From assembly GCA_041651575.1 (NCBI GenBank), contig JBAZJB010000001.1, positions 74,430 through 138,429 on the forward strand: a stretch of 64,000 nt of DNA, in the 5' to 3' direction. The notes under the pieces are model-generated. The model ran no database searches. It saw only the letters and a list, made by a program, of their open reading frames with translations, and was not told the DNA's origin. Position 1 is the stretch's first letter. Each line of letters begins with the position of its first letter. Origin of the DNA: Candidatus Nanoarchaeia archaeon. GTDB lineage: Archaea; Nanobdellota; Nanobdellia; SCGC-AAA011-G17; JAFCDX01. A program made the translations under genes and the position numbers. This document shows, in pieces, positions 1 through 10,487 of the stretch.

Positions 1-201
1 CATTATTTCTTTTACTGTTTCTTCATTAGATAAATTTCTTGCTTGAGCATCAAGTAACTTAACAGAATGACTATATTTTTCTAAATTTGCTGCAATGAAA
101 CAGAGACCTAAATTAGGTAATTGACCTACCCTAATCTTACTCTTTGAGCCATATCCTTCTTTTATAAAATCATAAGGAGGAGTTATAAGTAAGACTTTCA
201 T
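1..201 (-). CDS. B12-binding radical SAM protein, N-terminal fragment (gene continues beyond window start)
   Basis: Minus-strand ATG at 201. Translation MKVLLITPPYDFIKEGYGSKSKIRVGQLPNLGLCFIAANLEKYSHSVKLLDAQARNLSNEETVKEIM resembles the N-terminal B12-binding domains of the ORFs at 2189-3604 and 10488-11894. It is absent from the ORF track, probably because the gene runs off the window edge. Confidence 0.5.
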   Translation of the reverse strand, partial: MKVLLITPPYDFIKEGYGSKSKIRVGQLPNLGLCFIAANLEKYSHSVKLLDAQARNLSNEETVKEIM

Positions 202-387
202 ATTTTTTCTCCTTTCAATTTAAGTTTTATTTCTAGGCATATTTTCATTTGTTAGACAATTATTTAACTATTTAAAAACGTTTGTTTTGTTTTTAAATAA
301 ATTTCTAAACCTTTTATTTTAGGTGCAATTTAAATAATTTTCTATAGATACCGATTATTTTATAAATAGATTATAATCTTTATTCAA

Positions 388-1089
388 ATGGACCTTTCAA
401 TTATAGTTCCGGTTTATAATGAAGAGAAAAGAATACAGCCTTTTCTTCCAAATTTGATAGATTTTTCTAAAAAAAACTTAAAAAATTATGAAATTCTCTT
501 AATAAATGATGGATCTAAAGATAATACGCTGAATGTTTTGAAAGAACTTATAAAAAATAATAAAACAACAAAAATAATTTCTTATAATGAAAATAAAGGA
601 AAAGGTTATGCTATACGCGAAGGCATTTTTTCTTCTAAGGGAAGCAAAGTTATGTTTATAGATGCCGATGGTTCTATAATGCCTGATCAAATTCCAAACC
701 TTGTAAAAGAATTAGAACATTATGATTGTGTTGTCGGTAATAGAAAAGATAAAAATTCAAAAGTAACAACTTCAAGATATAGAGCTTTTACACAAATTTT
801 ATTTAATGGAATAGTAAGGGTTTTATTTTGGACAGGAATAGATGATAATCTGTGTGGTTTTAAGGGTTTTAAAAAAGAAGTTGCAAAAGATTTATTTCAA
901 GAAATGTATGATTATGGATGGATATTTGATGTAGAATTATTTTATAAAATGAAAAAGAAAGGGTATTCATTAAAAAGGATTCCTTTGGTATGGACACACG
1001 TTGATGATTCAAAAATGAAATTTACAGATCCTGCTTGGATGTTTATTAAATTATTAATAATCTTAAAATTAAGACTTAAAAAATGGTAA
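388..1089 (+). CDS. Family 2 glycosyltransferase (dolichyl-phosphate sugar synthase-like)
   Basis: N-terminal 'IIVPVYNEE...INDGSKDNT' and 'FIDADG' are GT2 signature motifs. Its stop overlaps the next start (ATGGTAA). Confidence 0.7.
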   Translation: MDLSIIVPVYNEEKRIQPFLPNLIDFSKKNLKNYEILLINDGSKDNTLNVLKELIKNNKTTKIISYNENKGKGYAIREGIFSSKGSKVMFIDADGSIMPDQIPNLVKELEHYDCVVGNRKDKNSKVTTSRYRAFTQILFNGIVRVLFWTGIDDNLCGFKGFKKEVAKDLFQEMYDYGWIFDVELFYKMKKKGYSLKRIPLVWTHVDDSKMKFTDPAWMFIKLLIILKLRLKKW

Positions 1090-2114
1090 GAATAGGGAAT
1101 CAAAATTATAGTTTTAAAGAACTTTGGAAAATTAAGAAATCTATTTTTCTTGCTGTAATCTCTCCAAAAAAGTTTTATAATTTTTTTAAAGTAAAGTACT
1201 CAGAATTTAGAAAAAATACAAAAGTTTCTGGTCTTCCTTATTCAACTTTCATAGAAACGAGTTCTTTTTGTAATTTAAGATGTCCTATGTGTTTGAAATT
1301 GCAAAAAAATTCTAAATTTGATAATAAAAATATGACTTTAGAGCAATATAATGAAATAATGAAGCAACTTGGCCCAACTATGATGACATTAAGGTTGTGG
1401 AACTATGGAGAACCTTTGATTAATAAGGATATTTTTGAAATGATTAAGTTGGCTAAGAAATATAGAATTTTTACTGTACTTTCTACAAATGGAGTATTAA
1501 TGACTAAGGAAGTTTCTAGAAAATTACTTGAATCCGGATTAGACTTTTTAGTTATTTCATTTGATGGAGCTTCAAAAGAAACGTATGAAAAAAACAGGAA
1601 ACAAGGAGTTTTTGAAGTAGTATTAAAAAATGTACAAAATTTCATGGAATTAAAAAAACAAATGAAGAAAAATAACCTTTTGGTTTCTATACAGTTCATT
1701 ATTATGAATACTAATGAAAATGAAGTTGAAAAAATAAAAGAAATTACTAATAATCTTGGTGCAGATAAATTAATGTTAAGAGTATTAAATGTTGTATCTA
1801 AAAAAGGTTCTGAATTACTTCCAAAAAACAAAAAATATGAAAATCTTGAGCAAGAACCAGAAAAAAATCTTAATTTCTGTTCAAATGTTTGGGAAGAGAC
1901 AGTAATTAATTCTACAGGGATTGTAACCCCTTGTTGTATGGATGCGGCAATTGAATATCCCTTTGGTAATGTTTTTTCAGAAAGTTTTAAGGATATATGG
2001 AATGGTCCAAAATATTTAGAATTTAGGAAAAAAATACTTCAAAATATAAATCAAATTAAAATTTGTAATGCTTATTGTTATAAAAAGGATAATAAAATTA
2101 ATTTTATAAAATAA
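1083..2114 (+). CDS. Radical SAM protein with C-terminal SPASM/twitch-like Cys cluster
   Basis: CxxxCxxC motif 'CNLRCPMC' near the N-terminus. C-terminal Cys-rich region 'PCCMDAAIEYPFGN...CNAYCY'. Confidence 0.65.
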   Translation: MVRIGNQNYSFKELWKIKKSIFLAVISPKKFYNFFKVKYSEFRKNTKVSGLPYSTFIETSSFCNLRCPMCLKLQKNSKFDNKNMTLEQYNEIMKQLGPTMMTLRLWNYGEPLINKDIFEMIKLAKKYRIFTVLSTNGVLMTKEVSRKLLESGLDFLVISFDGASKETYEKNRKQGVFEVVLKNVQNFMELKKQMKKNNLLVSIQFIIMNTNENEVEKIKEITNNLGADKLMLRVLNVVSKKGSELLPKNKKYENLEQEPEKNLNFCSNVWEETVINSTGIVTPCCMDAAIEYPFGNVFSESFKDIWNGPKYLEFRKKILQNINQIKICNAYCYKKDNKINFIK

Positions 2115-2188
2115 TTATTTCTATATTGTTAATATTATAAAAGCTTTTGTAAAATCTTTTGGTAATTTAAAACTTTTATATTCCTAAT

Positions 2189-3604
2189 TCATATGATTGC
2201 CTTACTTTGTTTTAATGCTTCTTTATAGTTTTTAAATACTTTTAATGCAAATTTAATTGATATACAATCAATAAAATCTGGCAAAGTTAATTTTAAATTT
2301 TTCTTTGAAATATTTTTTTGTATAGCTGTTTTAATAAATTTATCATACCATATACCAAATTTATCCTTATCTATTTTATTTGTTAGTAATACATCTGGAT
2401 TATACTTTAAAATAGTTTTATGTTTTTCATCATAATAACTTTCTTTTATTTTTTTATGTTTTATTGCGTACTCCCATAAATCTGTTCCAGGTAAGGGCGT
2501 TGTTTGATATATTTGCACTAAATCTATTCCAGGATTTAACATAAAATCAAAGCTTTTTTGTAAATCTTCTTCGGTTTCATCAGGATTTCCTATCATAATA
2601 TATCCTACTACATTTAAATTATATTCTTTACAAAGTTTTATAGCAGTAAGTCCTTGAGCAACTGTTACTGTATTCTTTTTTAGATATTTTAATACTTTAT
2701 CAGAACCGGATTCAAAACCAAAACAAACAGTTTGAGCATTTAATCTCTTTAATAAATCACAAATTTCTCTGTCAATTATATTTGCTCTGGCATAAATCTC
2801 AAAATCTATTTTTTTATTTAATTTCTTTTGTTCTAATAATTCTACTATCTTTCTAAATCTATCTTTATTTGCAATAGCTAGATCATCATATATTGAAATA
2901 TGTTTAACTTTATATTTTTTATATAACATTTCTATTTCACTTACCACATATTCAGCAGAATGCCATCTTACCTTATTAAATAAAGTATTAGAACCGCAGT
3001 AAACACAATGATAAGGACATCCTCTCGAAGTCATTATGGTCCCTTTTTTCCCAATTTTTGTACCGATTCTTCCAGGAACTAAATAGAAACTTTTCATTTT
3101 TAATAATTCTCTTGCGATTGGGGGAATAGAATCTAAAGGTTCAATTAATTCTTCTCTTGGTGTTTTTATTAATCTTTCATTATCTTTAAAACAAATACCT
3201 TTTATTTTTTTTAAATTTTGTAAATCGAACTTTTTATTTTTATCGTATTCATTTAATAAATTCAAAAATATTTTTTCTCCTTCTCCCATAACACCAATAT
3301 CAAAATTTGTTTTTAATAGATCTAAAGGTTTAATAGTTATATGTACTCCTCCCAAAATTAAAGGAGCTTTTGTTATCTTTCTTAATTCTTTAGCTAATTC
3401 TTTAGCATCATAAAATTGTTCACTTACAGCACCAATTCCTATTATGTCTGGTTTATACTTTTTAATGGCTTTAATTGGGTTTTCTCTGTCTATTATTTTG
3501 ATATCTTTAAAATTACTATATTTTTTAACATAGGAAGCCAAATAAGATAATCCAATTGGTGGTGCACCAAATACCTTTTCTATATTAATTAGAGCTATTT
3601 TCAT
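2189..3604 (-). CDS. B12-binding domain radical SAM protein
   Basis: N-terminal Rossmann-like B12-binding region (MKIALINIEK...GIGAVSE) followed by 'SRGCPYHCVYCGS' (CxxxCxxC). Confidence 0.65.
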   Translation of the reverse strand: MKIALINIEKVFGAPPIGLSYLASYVKKYSNFKDIKIIDRENPIKAIKKYKPDIIGIGAVSEQFYDAKELAKELRKITKAPLILGGVHITIKPLDLLKTNFDIGVMGEGEKIFLNLLNEYDKNKKFDLQNLKKIKGICFKDNERLIKTPREELIEPLDSIPPIARELLKMKSFYLVPGRIGTKIGKKGTIMTSRGCPYHCVYCGSNTLFNKVRWHSAEYVVSEIEMLYKKYKVKHISIYDDLAIANKDRFRKIVELLEQKKLNKKIDFEIYARANIIDREICDLLKRLNAQTVCFGFESGSDKVLKYLKKNTVTVAQGLTAIKLCKEYNLNVVGYIMIGNPDETEEDLQKSFDFMLNPGIDLVQIYQTTPLPGTDLWEYAIKHKKIKESYYDEKHKTILKYNPDVLLTNKIDKDKFGIWYDKFIKTAIQKNISKKNLKLTLPDFIDCISIKFALKVFKNYKEALKQSKAII

Positions 3605-3656
3605 GGATTATGATAAAGACAAAAAGCTTTTATAACTTTCTCCTTATAATGGTTTT

Positions 3657-4496
3657 ATGAAAAGAAATCCAAAAGTCTCTATAATCGCCGCGGCTTATAA
3701 TGAAGAGAAATACATAGGAAAGTTGATAGGTTCAGTTTTAAATCAAAATTATAAAAACATAGAAATTGTGATAGTTGATGATAATTCTAAAGATAATACT
3801 TATAATATTATAACAGCTTATTCTAAAAAACATAAGAATGTAATTGTATTACAACAAGATAAAAAACTAAGAGGACCTGGAAATGCTTGGAATTTGGCAG
3901 TAAGAAAAGGAAGTTCTGGAGATATTTTATTTTTTGAAGGTGCAGATACAATTTTAGCTAAAGATTATGTTGAAAAAATGATAGCACCAATAATTTCTGG
4001 AGAGGTAATTGGTACTTTGCATAAAGAAGAAAAAATAGCTAATAAAAATAAGATTCTTGCTAGGGCTTATGGAAAAAGAATTTGTGTTGATAAAAATAAT
4101 GAAGGAATAATATTTGGGGCTATAAGAAAAGATAAATGGGAAGAAACAGGAGGGTTTGATCCTTCTTTGGGATATGCAGATGATCATACTTTATATTTAA
4201 AATTAAAAATTAAATCTAAAGGAGTTGATGCAGATATTTATCATCATAATCCAGAAACTTTAGCTGAAATATGGAAACAATATCTTTGGATTGGAGCTTC
4301 AACTAAAATTCCTTTTAAAATCTTGATAAGTTTGCCTGTTTTTCCTCTTTGGGTTTTATATAAAACTTTGAAACATTTAAAAGAAGATTTTTATTTACCT
4401 TTTATTCTATTTTTACCTTTCTTTTATACAATGAAGTATTTTGGATTTTATTTTGGTGTATTAAGAAAATTAATTTTCAAAAATATATATAGATAA
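3657..4496 (+). CDS. Family 2 glycosyltransferase with C-terminal membrane segment
   Basis: 'VSIIAAAYNEEKYI...VIVDDNSKDNT' GT2 motifs. Hydrophobic C-terminus. Confidence 0.65.
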   Translation: MKRNPKVSIIAAAYNEEKYIGKLIGSVLNQNYKNIEIVIVDDNSKDNTYNIITAYSKKHKNVIVLQQDKKLRGPGNAWNLAVRKGSSGDILFFEGADTILAKDYVEKMIAPIISGEVIGTLHKEEKIANKNKILARAYGKRICVDKNNEGIIFGAIRKDKWEETGGFDPSLGYADDHTLYLKLKIKSKGVDADIYHHNPETLAEIWKQYLWIGASTKIPFKILISLPVFPLWVLYKTLKHLKEDFYLPFILFLPFFYTMKYFGFYFGVLRKLIFKNIYR

Positions 4497-4498
4497 AA

Positions 4499-5620
4499 TT
4501 ATTTTTTATAAAATTCTTTTATTTTATCACAAGTATAATCAATTTCATCTGTTTTTAATGTTGGGAACATGGGTAAAGATAATATTTCATTGCTTACTTT
4601 TTCTGTTACTGGAAAATCTCCTTTTTTATAACCTAAATCTTTAAAGCAAGGTTGTAAATGTATTGGAACTGGATAATGTTTTCCTACAGAAATTCCATTT
4701 TCAGTTAAATATTTTTCAAGTTCATCACGATTTTGTGTTCTTATAACATATAAATGATAAACATGAGAAACATTTTCATTTTCTTTAGGAGTTATTACTG
4801 GTTCTAAATCTTTAAGTCTTTCATTATATTCTTCAGCATGTTTTCTTCTTAATTCATTCCAACGATCTAACACTTTTAGTTTAGTGTCTAACACTACTGC
4901 TTGTATCGTATCTAATCTACTATTTGTTGGAATATCGTTATGTACATATTTTTTTTCTTGACCATAATTTCTTATTTTTTTTATTCTTTCAGCAACTTCT
5001 TTATCATCTGTAGTTATTGCTCCACCATCTCCATAACAACCTAAGTTTTTTCCTGGATAAAAACTGAATGCAGCAATATTCCCTAGATTTCCTGTTTTTC
5101 TACTATAAAATTCAGCACCATGTGCTTGACAAGAATCTTCTAATATTAATATATCTAATATTTCTTGTTCTAATCTACGTATATCTACTGGTTGCCCATA
5201 TAAATGAACGGGAATTATTGCTTTAGTGCGTTTTGTTGTATTTTCTTGTATTTGGTTTATATCCAGGTTATAATTTGATTCATCAATATCAATTAAAATC
5301 GCATTTGCTCCAACACCTATTATAGCACCTACTGTTGCATTAAAAGTATTTGCTACGGTTATTACATCATCTCCTGGTTTTATATTATTAACTTTCAAAG
5401 CCAATTCTAAAGCAGATAATCCATTTCCTACACCTATACAATATTTTACCCCGCAATAATCTGCAAAATTCTTTTCAAATTCTTCAACACCTTTTCCAAG
5501 AATAAAATCTTTATTTTCTATAACTGTTAATATTTTTTCTTTATTTATTTCTTCTATGCTTCTTCCATCTATTTTAGTTTCTCTTTCGTCTCTTCTTAAA
5601 TCTCCAAATGGAACTTTCAT
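4499..5620 (-). CDS. DegT/DnrJ/EryC1/StrS-family PLP-dependent sugar aminotransferase
   Basis: Family-typical motifs (…GDDVITVANTF.AT…, …DSCQAHGAEF…, 'FSFYPGKNLG'). Confidence 0.7.
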   Translation of the reverse strand: MKVPFGDLRRDERETKIDGRSIEEINKEKILTVIENKDFILGKGVEEFEKNFADYCGVKYCIGVGNGLSALELALKVNNIKPGDDVITVANTFNATVGAIIGVGANAILIDIDESNYNLDINQIQENTTKRTKAIIPVHLYGQPVDIRRLEQEILDILILEDSCQAHGAEFYSRKTGNLGNIAAFSFYPGKNLGCYGDGGAITTDDKEVAERIKKIRNYGQEKKYVHNDIPTNSRLDTIQAVVLDTKLKVLDRWNELRRKHAEEYNERLKDLEPVITPKENENVSHVYHLYVIRTQNRDELEKYLTENGISVGKHYPVPIHLQPCFKDLGYKKGDFPVTEKVSNEILSLPMFPTLKTDEIDYTCDKIKEFYKK

Positions 5621-6132
5621 TTTAAATTATGCATAAGAGCAGCATATTTTTTGTCTCTTACATCTCCAATTATTCTTGCAGGATTTCCAACAACTACTGA
5701 ATATGGTTTAACATCTTTAGTTACCATACTTCCTCCACCTATAAAAGAATATATTCCTATTTTAATTCCAGGCCTTATTATTGCTCCTCCACCAATTGTA
5801 GCATTATCTTCAACTACAACTTCTTCTAATTTCCATTCTCCTCTGGAAGCTTTTTCTGCTGTTGGAAACATGTCATTTAAAAAAGTTGCTCTAGGACCAA
5901 CAAAAACAGAATTTCCTATTATTGTTCCTTCTGGAACGAAAACATAAGATTGTAATCTACAATTATTTCCAATTCTAGCATCTTTTTTTATTTCAGAATA
6001 ACTTCCCACTTGGGTATTTTCTCCAATAATACAACCATATAAATTACAAAAGTGCCATATTTTAGAACCTTTTCCAATTACAACATCATCAGTTATTAAA
6101 CTATTTTTTCCAACGAAATAATCTTTACTCAT
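5617..6132 (-). CDS. Hexapeptide-repeat (LbH) sugar N-acetyltransferase
   Basis: Repeated [LIV]G..x..[LIV] hexapeptide periodicity (IGKGSKIWHFCNLYGCIIGENTQVGSY...). 4-nt overlap with the aminotransferase. Confidence 0.6.
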   Translation of the reverse strand: MSKDYFVGKNSLITDDVVIGKGSKIWHFCNLYGCIIGENTQVGSYSEIKKDARIGNNCRLQSYVFVPEGTIIGNSVFVGPRATFLNDMFPTAEKASRGEWKLEEVVVEDNATIGGGAIIRPGIKIGIYSFIGGGSMVTKDVKPYSVVVGNPARIIGDVRDKKYAALMHNLK

Positions 6133-7124
6133 CTTAAAATAACCTCCAATCCATTTCTTTTTTTTGATTCTTCTGCTGCGCTTAATATTTTTACTATTTC
6201 AAGTCCATCTCTTCCATCACTTCTACATTGTTCTGAACCATTTATACAATTAAAAAAATGATTTAATTCTTCAAGTAAAGGTTGTTTTGATTGAATTTTT
6301 GGAATTAATATATCTCCGTCTCTTGTTGCTGCTTGAAAATCTCCAAATTCTCCACTTATTGGTTGATAATCTACTCCTTTATTATAAATGAAAAGTTTTT
6401 CTGTAGGTTGAACATCATCAAATAAAACTGCTTTTTTAGTTCCACCAACAACAAATTTTCTTTCTTTTATTGGATGTTCCCAATTAACATATATTGTAGT
6501 TAAAATATTATTTGGATATTTTAAATTCAAAGAAACAATATCATCTACTATTTTATTATGAGAAACTCCTTGATAACTTACTGAGATGGGTGAATTTCCT
6601 ATTAAAAAATTTGAAACATAAATATCGTGTGTTGCTAAATCCCAAAGAGCGCTTACATCTTTTCTTATTGGTCCAAGACCTACTCTTTTTGCTTCTAGAT
6701 ATCTTAAACTTCCTAATTCTCCTGATTCTATAATCTTTTTTAATTGAATTACTGCAGGATTATATTTGAAAATATGGCCTACCATTAAAACAACTTTTTC
6801 TTTTTCTGCTATTTTTATTAGTTCTTCTGCATCGCTAACATCATCAGTTATTGGTTTTTCTACTAAAACATGTTTTCCGTGATTTAAACAATCTTTTGCA
6901 ATATTATAATGCATTTTTGTAGGAGTAGCAATTATTACAGAATCTACTTTATCAAGAATTTTAGAATAATAATCAATTCCTTTTTCTTTTAATAATTGGG
7001 CAGGCAATCCTTTTGAAGGAATTGGATCACAGATATACTTTAAATCGACTTTTTCTGAATCTCTTAGGCTATTAACATAATTCTTACCCCAATATCCACA
7101 TCCGATTAATGCTACATTGTTCAT
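6129..7124 (-). CDS. Gfo/Idh/MocA-family NAD-dependent sugar oxidoreductase
   Basis: N-terminal 'VALIGCGYWGKNYV' Rossmann motif and 'EKP' motif. Together with the aminotransferase and acetyltransferase it resembles the WbpB/WbpE/WbpD-type acetamido-sugar module. Confidence 0.6.
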   Translation of the reverse strand: MNNVALIGCGYWGKNYVNSLRDSEKVDLKYICDPIPSKGLPAQLLKEKGIDYYSKILDKVDSVIIATPTKMHYNIAKDCLNHGKHVLVEKPITDDVSDAEELIKIAEKEKVVLMVGHIFKYNPAVIQLKKIIESGELGSLRYLEAKRVGLGPIRKDVSALWDLATHDIYVSNFLIGNSPISVSYQGVSHNKIVDDIVSLNLKYPNNILTTIYVNWEHPIKERKFVVGGTKKAVLFDDVQPTEKLFIYNKGVDYQPISGEFGDFQAATRDGDILIPKIQSKQPLLEELNHFFNCINGSEQCRSDGRDGLEIVKILSAAEESKKRNGLEVILR

Positions 7125-7237
7125 TTTACAATCTTTTAGACTTTAAATAATTTATAAATGTTTCTATCGGATAGTAGATAAACCTTATGAATTTAATTTC
7201 TATAAGAATAACATTTAAATATCTTTAAATTTGTTAA

Positions 7238-8587
7238 TTGGTTATGGAAGGAAAAAAAGAGACAGTATACTATTTCGGTTTAACTTTTATATCTAAATTT
7301 ATAACCTATCTTTTATTACTTATTTTAGCTAATTATTTTTATATTTCAGAATATGGTAAAGCTTCATTTGCTTTGGCAGTTTTTAATATAATCTATTTTT
7401 TTATGTTAATTGGTTTACCGGATCTATTTGTTCCATGGTTTATACATAAAAAAGATGTAAATTCGGTATTTTATTTTTTAGTATTATTAACTGGAATTTT
7501 TACTGTTTTAGGACTAGCTTTTACACTAATTTTTTATCCTTGGATCTTACCTTTAGCAATTTCACTTCCATTTTTATTAGTATATCTAGTAGGTTATTCT
7601 ATCTTTAGAATTAAAAAACAATATCATCTATTAAAAATTTCAGATATACTTTTTATTTTCTTAGTCTTTATTTCAGTATTTTTCTTAAAAAGTTATGGTA
7701 AATTTGGAATTACTTTAGGGTATAGTGTTGCTTATATTTTAACAAGCTTCTTTATTTTTAGTTTAACAAGAAAAGAAATATTTGGTTTGGCAAAAACTTT
7801 TAAATTAGATTTCAAAGCTATATTTCTTTATTTAAAAAAAGGTTTGTCTACAGCATTAATAATTTTGTCTTATTTATTCATAGGTTGGATAGATACCGTA
7901 ATACTTGGTGCAATGTCTACATTCGATAATGTTGCAAGATATAATATCTCTAGTCCAATTGCAAATATATTAACCATAGTTCCATTGTCTTTATCTATGT
8001 TTTTATTGACTAGGATATCTGAAGTTAAAAAAGAAAAATTATCTTTATCCATTTTTAATAGGGCCTTAAGGTTATCTACTTCTTTTTCATTACTATTGGG
8101 AATAGGAATTTTATCTTTACTTAATATATTATTAAAAATATTTTTTAAACAATATATGGATATTGGAATATATGTAACCTTGCTTATGATTGGAATATTC
8201 TTATTTTGTATATACACCTTAATTGCTACATATTTATCTGCTAAGCTTACTCCAGAAAAAACAGTTTTACCAATAACAATTGCTGCATTGTTAAATATAA
8301 TATTAGATATACTTTTAATTCCAAATTATGGTTTGTTAGGAATTTGTATTGCTACCCTGATTGCTCATACTGTTGCATTTATCCTTTTATTATCTAAAAT
8401 GAAACTATTAATTAAATATTTTTATATTATTCCACTTTCTGTTTTATTACTTATTGCTTTTTACTTGGGATTATATGGTTTAATTTTAATCCCTATTGTA
8501 ATATTATCTTTGTTTTTGTTTAAATTAATAAACTTAGAAGACTTAAAAGTCGTAAAAGGAGTTATTTTTAAAATTTTAAGAATTTAA
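7238..8587 (+). CDS. Polysaccharide/oligosaccharide flippase (Wzx-like, MOP superfamily)
   Basis: 449 aa and highly hydrophobic with about 12-14 predicted TM segments. Lies within the glycan cluster. Confidence 0.5.
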   Translation: MVMEGKKETVYYFGLTFISKFITYLLLLILANYFYISEYGKASFALAVFNIIYFFMLIGLPDLFVPWFIHKKDVNSVFYFLVLLTGIFTVLGLAFTLIFYPWILPLAISLPFLLVYLVGYSIFRIKKQYHLLKISDILFIFLVFISVFFLKSYGKFGITLGYSVAYILTSFFIFSLTRKEIFGLAKTFKLDFKAIFLYLKKGLSTALIILSYLFIGWIDTVILGAMSTFDNVARYNISSPIANILTIVPLSLSMFLLTRISEVKKEKLSLSIFNRALRLSTSFSLLLGIGILSLLNILLKIFFKQYMDIGIYVTLLMIGIFLFCIYTLIATYLSAKLTPEKTVLPITIAALLNIILDILLIPNYGLLGICIATLIAHTVAFILLLSKMKLLIKYFYIIPLSVLLLIAFYLGLYGLILIPIVILSLFLFKLINLEDLKVVKGVIFKILRI

Positions 8588-8764
8588 ACCAAAACTATAT
8601 AAATTTATAATTCTTTTATTAATGATGAAAGAAAAATTTATATTAAGTATATTGGTTTTTTATGTTTTAATTCTGTATCCTTACTGGTTATTATATAATT
8701 TAGTTGGTTTTCCTTATTATTTTTTTATAAGTTTGATTGGATTTATAATTTTTGTTAAATTACT

Positions 8765-10456
8765 ATGAAACAAGAAAGAATATTTTGGATATTTGTAATA
8801 ATTTCAATTTTAGTACATATTTATGCAATGACATTTCCATTAGCAACACTAGAAGATGAATCTTTTCATGTAGAAAGAGCAATTTATAGTACACAAATAT
8901 TGGATCTAATCAATCCTTTAGTACTTACATTTTTAATTTTATTAAGCATAGGCTTTTTATTTCTTTTATATAAATTATATTCTAAGAAGGTTAATTATTT
9001 TTTATTGGTTTTAATTCCAATAGCTATAATCTATTACTTTTTAATTAATTATTTTGCAATTAGATTTAGCACAGCCCAATTTGGTAGTCTGGATTTGAAT
9101 AATTTTTCTTGGTTAGTTAGATATGGTTCTATAGGCACAGTTGTTTATACTTTACAACTTTTTGTTTTTGGATACAAAGAATGGGCAATGCGTTTGTTTC
9201 CTTTAATTTTTTCTGTTTTAGCTTCTTTTATGATGTATAAATTGGTACTTTTATATAAAAATGAAAATTGGGCCCTATTTTCTGCAATTTCTTTATTATT
9301 CATGCCAGGATTTTTTTATTTTGTTAATATAAGTCAGCCAACTACAGGGGTTATTTTCTTTACTTTAACATCATTATACTTTTTACTGAAATATGTAAAA
9401 CAAAAAGAGCAGAAACATTTGATTTATATGACTTTATTCTTAATTTTAGGTTTTCAATATAAAGAAACTTTCTTTTTAATATACGGGATAATATTTTCTT
9501 ACTTAATTTATTTATATTTGATTAAAGAAAAGGATATAAACTTTAAAAAAATACTAAAATATATTTTTTTAAGTTTAATACCTTTAATTTTATGGTTAAT
9601 TGTACAGATGAGATTTAATGCAAATCCTTCTGCAAGCAGAATTTTCTTTTTAGATTCAAGTTTATTTACCTTTACAAATTTTTTTAGGTATATTATTCAT
9701 TTACCAGAACAAGTTACCTTACCTTTAACAATATTGTTTTTAATTTCTCTTCCTTTTATTAGTTATAATATTTTTAAGAAAAGAGACCAATTATCTTTTA
9801 TTTTTTTAGTTTATTTTTTAATTCATTTTGTATTTTTTACAAAAGACAATCTTAGAAATTTTATGGTGGTATATAGGTATGGAGCAGATTTAATTCCTCC
9901 TGTTGCTTATTTATCTTTTTTCTTTTTAGAAAAGTTTGATAAAAAAGAGATAATTAGGTTTTTATCTTATGGATTAGTTTTATTTTTATTAGTATCAAGT
10001 TGTTTTTTGACTTATAATCATTGGGAAAAGAGATTTATTCCTATGGATGGAACTTTTTCTTATATAAAAGAGAATGTCCCCGAAGATGCTAAGATATTAA
10101 AAACAATGGCTCCAAATCCTTATAAATTTTATATGGGGAAATATGAATTAAAACAAGAATTTAAACATGAAGTCTGGAAAAATTCTTCAGAACAGAATAT
10201 TACTAATTTGTATTCTTTTATGAAAAATAATAATTATACTTATTTTATATTCCCAAATCCGATAATAAGTTATCAAAGTTATTGGCCAACCGATTATGGG
10301 TGGGTTACTTCTTGGGTATATAAACCTGAATTAAAATTAGTATCTGTTTTAAATGAATCTTTATTGTATAACTTAGAAATTAATAATACTTATTTTGATA
10401 TAGTCTATCGTGAAGAATTAGGTCCTAATGCCTTATATTTAATAAAAATTAGATAA
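8765..10456 (+). CDS. GT-C fold membrane glycosyltransferase (ArnT/PMT-like)
   Basis: Polytopic N-terminal domain with first-loop motif 'LEDESFHVERAIY' resembling the DE..R/E motif of ArnT/PMT enzymes. Soluble C-terminal domain. Confidence 0.4.
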   Translation: MKQERIFWIFVIISILVHIYAMTFPLATLEDESFHVERAIYSTQILDLINPLVLTFLILLSIGFLFLLYKLYSKKVNYFLLVLIPIAIIYYFLINYFAIRFSTAQFGSLDLNNFSWLVRYGSIGTVVYTLQLFVFGYKEWAMRLFPLIFSVLASFMMYKLVLLYKNENWALFSAISLLFMPGFFYFVNISQPTTGVIFFTLTSLYFLLKYVKQKEQKHLIYMTLFLILGFQYKETFFLIYGIIFSYLIYLYLIKEKDINFKKILKYIFLSLIPLILWLIVQMRFNANPSASRIFFLDSSLFTFTNFFRYIIHLPEQVTLPLTILFLISLPFISYNIFKKRDQLSFIFLVYFLIHFVFFTKDNLRNFMVVYRYGADLIPPVAYLSFFFLEKFDKKEIIRFLSYGLVLFLLVSSCFLTYNHWEKRFIPMDGTFSYIKENVPEDAKILKTMAPNPYKFYMGKYELKQEFKHEVWKNSSEQNITNLYSFMKNNNYTYFIFPNPIISYQSYWPTDYGWVTSWVYKPELKLVSVLNESLLYNLEINNTYFDIVYREELGPNALYLIKIR

Positions 10457-10487
10457 ATTTATATATTTTTCATTAATACTCTGAACT

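Noticed and set aside
499-690. Short antisense or overlapping ORFs in the track (for example 499-690, 1403-1831, 5651-5947, 6512-6733, 7870-8217, 15729-16035, 21721-22104, 31255-33453, 41390-42380, 50665-51143)
   Set aside because: They lie entirely within, and antisense to or out of frame with, longer ORFs that have clear family signatures. They have low-complexity Ile/Phe/Leu-rich translations typical of shadow ORFs in AT-rich DNA.
8765-10456. AglB/STT3 oligosaccharyltransferase
   Set aside because: The protein is only 563 aa and lacks the WWDYG motif. The first-loop DE..R motif fits ArnT/PMT-type GT-C enzymes better.
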